From positions 2,739-66,738 of the forward strand of contig JBNKJW010000181.1 in NCBI GenBank assembly GCA_050291445.1: a stretch of DNA of 64,000 nt, written 5' to 3'. The notes under the pieces are model-generated. The model made no database searches. It saw only the letters and a program-made list of their open reading frames with translations, and was not told the origin of the DNA. The translations under genes and the position numbers were made by a program. Of this stretch, positions 58,859 through 64,000 are shown one piece after another. The first letter of the stretch is position 1. Every line of letters starts with the position of its first letter. Source of the DNA: Bacteroidales bacterium. GTDB taxonomy: Bacteria > Bacteroidota > Bacteroidia > Bacteroidales > NBLH01.

Positions 58859-60886
58859 TTATATCTTAAAATCTACAATTAAACCACCCGAAATCCAACG
58901 ACCAGGTAAAAATACGTTTTCGAGGTTCTGGTTTTTCACATCAAAGAGGTTTTTTGCCTGTAAATAGAAATTTAGCTGCTTTAATTTATAGTTAAGTTTC
59001 AAATCGACTAAATAAAGTGGTTCGTAGGCTGTTGGTTCTCCCCATGCACTGCTTTCAAAAAAATAGGGGGTGTAATTTCCGTTGCGGTATTGAAAATTAA
59101 ATTGCCAGTTGGCCGTTAATCCTTTGATTATGTTATGATTAAGCGTAAGAGTAGCATTGTGTCGTAAATAATCAAGCACATATCTCGAAAACATTTCCTT
59201 ACTGCTTAAATCCATGTCAAGATAGGTGTAATTCAGTAAAATAAAATTAATTGGAAATTTTTCATTAAAAGTGTTTCTCAAATTTATTTTAGCCAAAAAA
59301 TCTACACCGATTGTATTAATAGAGGTTAAATTCTGGCTTTTCCAGTTATCTGTAGCATCCTGGCGCACCCAATCAATAATATTTTCACCCTTGCGATAAA
59401 AAACAGAAGATTGTACCACAAAAACGTTGTTAAAATATTTTCCACCAAGCTCAAAACTGATAGCCTTTTCGGCCTTTAAATCAGGATTGCCTTCGCTCCC
59501 GCCACCATTGTAATAAAGTTCGGTATAAGAAGGTACCCTGCCCGACCAGTTTGCCGATGCAATTAACTTTGCATTTTGATTAAGATTAAAACTCAAATCA
59601 GCCCCAGGATAAATATTCCAGTCGAACATGGTATTATAGTTTGTTAATAGGTGGATGGAGGCATTGAATTTACCTAACTTAAACTGCTCTTCTAACGACA
59701 AATTCAGGTTTTGCCGGGTTTTGCCATTGGTGAATTTAGTGCTGTCAACACCAGGTATATCCTGCGCATTATCAAGCTCTTCACCCAGAACATTACTTAA
59801 AATAGCTTCGGTATTCCAATCAGCCCCGAAACCTAATTGACCATTCCCGGTTGCTAACCAACCAGTTACATCAGCCCCATAAACATTGGTCACGTGATAA
59901 TTATGGTTGGTATACCAGCTTGCTGGCTCGTACCTGAACAATTCAAAACGATCAAAATTCCTTCGCCAGTAAATGGATGGATTAATTTTTATGCTACTGG
60001 AAGAAAAGAACTTCACATTAGCCATCCAGGTTTTGTTTTGCTCGTATTGGTTGGGAAAAACAGGTGTGTAAAAATTAAATGCACCAAAAGATTTGTCTAA
60101 AAAACCAGCCTGCATTTGTATTTGGCCAGCTTTTGTAAGGAGTTTACCCTTGTAAAACAGGTTTAGGATGTCAAAATCGGTGTTCTTTACATAACCATCC
60201 GATACTTTTTTAGATATGGAGAAGTAATTTTTGAAGTTTTTTGTAGTAAGGTTTACTGCAAGGTTACCAGCAAATAAACCATGCTCTCCTGCCAATGCCC
60301 CTGCCCGAATCCGGTTTTCGTCATCATTGCCGGTAATAAAATTAACCGCCCCACTAAAAGCATTGTTTCCATACAGACTGGATGAGGCACCACGGAGCAG
60401 CTCAATACGCTCAATATCAATCAAATCCACAGGCAAGTTCATTTGAAAGTGGCCAGTTTGCGGGTCGGTCATTTTCACCCCGTTTATTAACACCACATTT
60501 TGCTCAAAAGAGCCACCACGGATGTTTAAATCAGTCTGAACACCATATACCCCTCTTTCACGCAAATCAACATTCAGTACCGATTTTAACGCATCCTGCA
60601 CGCTTGTCAGCGGAGCTTCAGAAATCTCCTCTCCCGACACCATGTTAATTACCCTGGCAGCATCAACAAATGAAACAGGTGTTTTATAGGCACTTACCGT
60701 AACATCTTGTATTTTAATGGTATCCGTCTGAGCAACAGTATTAAACGCGTGAAGGAGAAAATACCCTGCTGAAAGTACTGCAATTTTAATGGTCTTCCCT
60801 AGCGAAAGAAATGCTGAGTTCGATTTTCTTGACCATTTTGAAAAGGTCATTTTCTTTTTAAAGTTTTGATTCAAAAGTTTTTTCAT
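58859..60886 (-). CDS. TonB-dependent receptor (BtuB-like)
   Basis: Plug motifs IRGGSFEQ, IERIELLRG..SSLYG; C-terminal KNLFD...LPGR; TATATTTG promoter at 60922-60929 (-). Confidence 0.9.
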   Translation of the reverse strand: MKKLLNQNFKKKMTFSKWSRKSNSAFLSLGKTIKIAVLSAGYFLLHAFNTVAQTDTIKIQDVTVSAYKTPVSFVDAARVINMVSGEEISEAPLTSVQDALKSVLNVDLRERGVYGVQTDLNIRGGSFEQNVVLINGVKMTDPQTGHFQMNLPVDLIDIERIELLRGASSSLYGNNAFSGAVNFITGNDDENRIRAGALAGEHGLFAGNLAVNLTTKNFKNYFSISKKVSDGYVKNTDFDILNLFYKGKLLTKAGQIQMQAGFLDKSFGAFNFYTPVFPNQYEQNKTWMANVKFFSSSSIKINPSIYWRRNFDRFELFRYEPASWYTNHNYHVTNVYGADVTGWLATGNGQLGFGADWNTEAILSNVLGEELDNAQDIPGVDSTKFTNGKTRQNLNLSLEEQFKLGKFNASIHLLTNYNTMFDWNIYPGADLSFNLNQNAKLIASANWSGRVPSYTELYYNGGGSEGNPDLKAEKAISFELGGKYFNNVFVVQSSVFYRKGENIIDWVRQDATDNWKSQNLTSINTIGVDFLAKINLRNTFNEKFPINFILLNYTYLDMDLSSKEMFSRYVLDYLRHNATLTLNHNIIKGLTANWQFNFQYRNGNYTPYFFESSAWGEPTAYEPLYLVDLKLNYKLKQLNFYLQAKNLFDVKNQNLENVFLPGRWISGGLIVDFKI

Positions 60887-61119
60887 TTTTTAAATTTTTA
60901 ATAATTCGTTTTTTGAAGCGGCAAATATAATAGAACAATTGCTTCTGCCACAAAACATGTTATAAAACACGGGCCTTTAAAGTCACAAAAACCACTGATT
61001 ATAAGCAAATTAACAAAGAGTGTTAAAATTAATTTAACGAAATAATCTTTTGATTGTTTTAAATATGAGATTATTATCTATTTTTACGCCCTGATTGAGC
61101 AGACACATTCCAAAAAAAA

Positions 61120-62076
61120 ATGAAAGAACTGAGTATAGGTATTGATATTGGGGGCACCAACACAAAAATAGGCCTAGTTGATAAAGACGGAACCTTTTGG
61201 GCCGAAAACAATATCCCTACAGCAAAATACCTTGAAATTGATGATTATGTTGAGGCACTGACAAAAGCTATTAATGAAAGTTTGAGTTCAGTTACCGAAA
61301 ATTACACATTAAAGGGTATTGGAATTGGAGCACCAAATGGAAATTATTACACTGGTTCTATTGAATTTGCGCCAAACCTTAACTGGGAAGGAAAAATACC
61401 TCTGGCTGAGCTACTTAACAAAAATTTCAACATTCCTGTTTCATTAACAAATGATGCCAATGCAGCAGCCATGGGCGAAATGATTTATGGGGCCGCAAAA
61501 GGCCTTAAAAATTTCATCATGATAACGCTGGGTACTGGTTTAGGAAGCGGAATTGTTGTGGATGGCAAATTGGTTTATGGACATGATGGTTTTGCAGGTG
61601 AAGTAGGCCACACCATTTACGATCCGGAAGGAAGAGAGTGTGGTTGTGGGAGAAAAGGATGCCTTGAAACCTATGCTTCGGCCACTGGAATAAAAAAAAC
61701 GGCCTTAGAATTATTGAATAAATCGACTGAAAAAAGCCTTTTAAGTGAATTACCAGAAGAAGAAATCAGCTCAAAAGCAATTTACGAAGCTGCTGCTAAA
61801 GGTGATAAATTAGCGCTTGAATGCTTTAACTATACCGCAAAAATATTAGGGCTAAAACTAGCAGATTCCATTGCTTTCACAAGCCCTGAAGCTATATTTT
61901 TATTTGGTGGGTTAGCTCTTTCGGGTGACTACATCCTTAAACCTACTAAAAAATACATGGAAGATAATTTACTAAAAATATTTAAGAACAAAGTCAGGCT
62001 TGAAATTTCGGGCCTGATGGGCAAAAATGCTGCCGTTTTAGGCGCTGCTGCCCTAATTTGGAATGAGTTGGACTAA
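61120..62076 (+). CDS. ROK family sugar kinase (glucokinase-like)
   Basis: GIDIGGT, NDANAAAMGE, TLGTGLGSG, GEVGH, CGCGRKGCLE. Confidence 0.93.
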   Translation: MKELSIGIDIGGTNTKIGLVDKDGTFWAENNIPTAKYLEIDDYVEALTKAINESLSSVTENYTLKGIGIGAPNGNYYTGSIEFAPNLNWEGKIPLAELLNKNFNIPVSLTNDANAAAMGEMIYGAAKGLKNFIMITLGTGLGSGIVVDGKLVYGHDGFAGEVGHTIYDPEGRECGCGRKGCLETYASATGIKKTALELLNKSTEKSLLSELPEEEISSKAIYEAAAKGDKLALECFNYTAKILGLKLADSIAFTSPEAIFLFGGLALSGDYILKPTKKYMEDNLLKIFKNKVRLEISGLMGKNAAVLGAAALIWNELD

Positions 62077-62109
62077 TTTTTAGTTTAACTTTTAGAATTA
62101 ATTACGCCC

Positions 62110-62147
62110 TGCGCTGAAAGTTTAGACTCTTTCAGCGCATTTTTTTT
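62110..62147 (+). terminator. Rho-independent terminator
   Basis: tgcgctgaaag-loop-ctttcagcgca followed by T8. Confidence 0.85.
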
Positions 62148-62278
62148 GGTTAAGGTTGAACCCGGTAATCAGTAATCGGGTATTCATACCGAATGGTTAT
62201 CATGTTAGGAAATTAAAATTCCCTAACATGCTAATCCTTCAGCATTATACCATAACCTTTCTTATTCTCTTGATAGCG

Positions 62279-62439
62279 GTTTGGTATCAGTGACTGAAAT
62301 TACTAAGCGCAAAATGCAATTTAGATATTTGTCTGAAAAATAGCTTTATCTAAACCATAAAAGAAACCCAAGGGTTATGTTAAAAACTTCAAAGAACTTG
62401 AAGTATATAAGAAATCACGCGAAATAGCTAATACCAAAC
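62279..62439. mobile_element. Possible MITE remnant
   Basis: Inverted ends gtttggtatcag / ctaataccaaac; nearby palindrome catgttagg...cctaacatg (~62201-62230). Confidence 0.35.
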
Positions 62440-62579
62440 ACTGAACACTAAATACTCAATACCGAATACCACTAATTTGTCAAAATTCACATTACCCTGC
62501 TAATTTAGCTTCTGCTCATACCACTTTTCAGACTTTTTTTGTGTATATTTACAAAGATGTTTAACTAAAGAAGCAAACT

Positions 62580-63170
62580 ATGTTTTCAGATTTTCCAGCA
62601 TGGTGGGAGGCATTAAGCACCCTTGCTAAAATATATTGGATAGTAGCTTTCCCTGCAACTCTTCTATTTTTAATTCAGTTGGTAATGACCTTTATTGGTG
62701 GAGATGGAGATCATGATTACGATGATTTTGATCATGATGGTGATTTTGATGGTGACAGTGGAGGTCTTCATATTTTTACTTTTAAAAACCTGATAGCCTT
62801 TTTCACCCTGTTTGCCTGGAGTGGGTTAGCCTGCATTGAAGGAGGGTTTAGTCTTGCCATTATCTTAGTTGTTTCTGTTGTATGCGGAACACTGATGATG
62901 TTCATCATGGCCAGTTTGTTTTACTACATCAGTAAATTCTCGCACAGCGGCACTTTAGTTATGAAAAATGCCATTGGTAATTCTGGTGATGTTTACCTTA
63001 GTATACCTGCAAAAAAAGCAGGAATGGGTAAAGTACAAGTAAAAGTTCAGGGAGCACTAAGAACATTAAATGCAATGACCGAAGATACTGAAATTATTAA
63101 AACAGGATCTTTAATTGAAGTAACTGATATTATTGGAGAAAACATCCTTTTAGTTAAAAGAATGAGATAA
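62580..63170 (+). CDS. NfeD-like membrane protein
   Basis: Three TM helices with an acidic GD/DH-rich loop; VYLSIP....GKVQV.VQG.LR...A OB-fold; upstream of SPFH genes. Confidence 0.85.
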   Translation: MFSDFPAWWEALSTLAKIYWIVAFPATLLFLIQLVMTFIGGDGDHDYDDFDHDGDFDGDSGGLHIFTFKNLIAFFTLFAWSGLACIEGGFSLAIILVVSVVCGTLMMFIMASLFYYISKFSHSGTLVMKNAIGNSGDVYLSIPAKKAGMGKVQVKVQGALRTLNAMTEDTEIIKTGSLIEVTDIIGENILLVKRMR

Positions 63171-63212
63171 ACCATCAATTAAAAACAAACCCTGAATAAC
63201 AAAACTCTGGCA

Positions 63213-63764
63213 ATGGGACGATTTTATTTATTAGCGGCTGTTTTGGTACTAATAGCACTAATCATTGCTTTTTCTTTTATTGTAAGCTCTTATAAAAAGT
63301 GCCCTCCCGGACATGTGTTAATTATCAATAATAATAAACCAGACAGCTTTGGCAACCTAAATAAAATTATTTTTTCAGGGGGTGCGTTTGTCTGGCCTTT
63401 TGTTGGTAGCTACCAACTATTTAGCCTGGCTCCAATAGCCATAAATTTAAATGAAAAGCTTCTAACAAAAAGTTCGGAAAAAGTAAAACTTGAGTTAAAA
63501 ACGAACATTGGTATTTCATCTAGTGAAACTGTTTTAAAAAACGCAATTGATCGGTTTTCAGGTCTTAGTATTTCACAAATAAAACAAATAGCCCAAGACG
63601 TTATTTTGGGGCAGATGAGAAAAGTAACAGCTAGCACCAATAGTAATGAAATTGAAAAATTAATTGATTTTAGTAACACACTTTCAAAAGAGATTGAAGG
63701 AGATTTAATGGAAATAGGCTTAAAACTAATTAACTTAGATGTAAAAAAAATTGAAATTACATAA
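63213..63764 (+). CDS. Short SPFH (flotillin-like) protein lacking the coiled-coil tail
   Basis: TM helix, YKKCP, GGAFVWP, ILGQMR, IGLKLINLDV, then stop. Confidence 0.8.
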   Translation: MGRFYLLAAVLVLIALIIAFSFIVSSYKKCPPGHVLIINNNKPDSFGNLNKIIFSGGAFVWPFVGSYQLFSLAPIAINLNEKLLTKSSEKVKLELKTNIGISSSETVLKNAIDRFSGLSISQIKQIAQDVILGQMRKVTASTNSNEIEKLIDFSNTLSKEIEGDLMEIGLKLINLDVKKIEIT

Positions 63765-63813
63765 ATTTCTAGCTAATAATCATTTATAAATTTAAACCAA
63801 AGGAGATTAAATT

Positions 63814-64000
63814 ATGGGTCAATATGTAGTAATAGCAGTAGCCATAGCTATTCTGTTTTTATTTATTTTAATCTACTCATTATTAAAGCGTTACAGACGG
63901 TGTCCTGCCGACCACATCCTGGTTATCTATGGTAAAGTATCAGGAAAAGGAAGAGCTGCGAGAACCGTACATGGTGGGGCAGCTTTTATCTGGCCAATTA
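63814..64000 (+). CDS. Flotillin family protein (partial, runs off window)
   Basis: MGQYVVIAVAIAILFLFILIYSLLKRYRRCPADHILVIYGKV...HGGAAFIWPI. Confidence 0.85.
   Translation, partial: MGQYVVIAVAIAILFLFILIYSLLKRYRRCPADHILVIYGKVSGKGRAARTVHGGAAFIWPI

Overview
AT-rich bacterial chromosomal window, almost certainly Bacteroidota: it has a T9SS type-B cargo/PorP/PorE triplet and TAnnTTTG -7 promoters. Most of it is housekeeping genes (queA, fabG, pyrD, prc, fmt, cdd, an RluA-family synthase, tex, rarA, a ROK kinase, beta-carbonic anhydrase, an M16 peptidase, a TonB-dependent receptor, NfeD/flotillin). Three regions stand out. (1) An LPS-core sugar operon, kdnA-kdnB-kdsA-[transaldolase+CBS fusion]-kdsC-like. 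The slot expected for KdsD (SIS+CBS) holds a transaldolase/FSA-fold domain with atypical active-site residues, and the KdsA has altered substrate motifs, suggesting an alternative route to Kdo/Kdo8N. (2) An integron-like cassette array at ~24.96-28.85 kb: a decayed tyrosine-recombinase C-terminus, an attI-like site, and three cassettes with cassette-specific complementary GTT.../...AAC ends. The cassettes are separated by long (~210-240 bp) homologous attC-like elements and carry HEPN-like and unknown genes. (3) An XRE regulator, probably leaderless, surrounded by ~10 TTACAnnTGTAA-like palindromes in ~1.8 kb of non-coding DNA. The window also holds several nested MITE/REP families (one interrupts a ParE toxin pseudogene), a RAYT transposase with its REPs, and recurrent intergenic heptamer hairpin arrays. 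All family calls come from motif recognition by eye; no searches were run.
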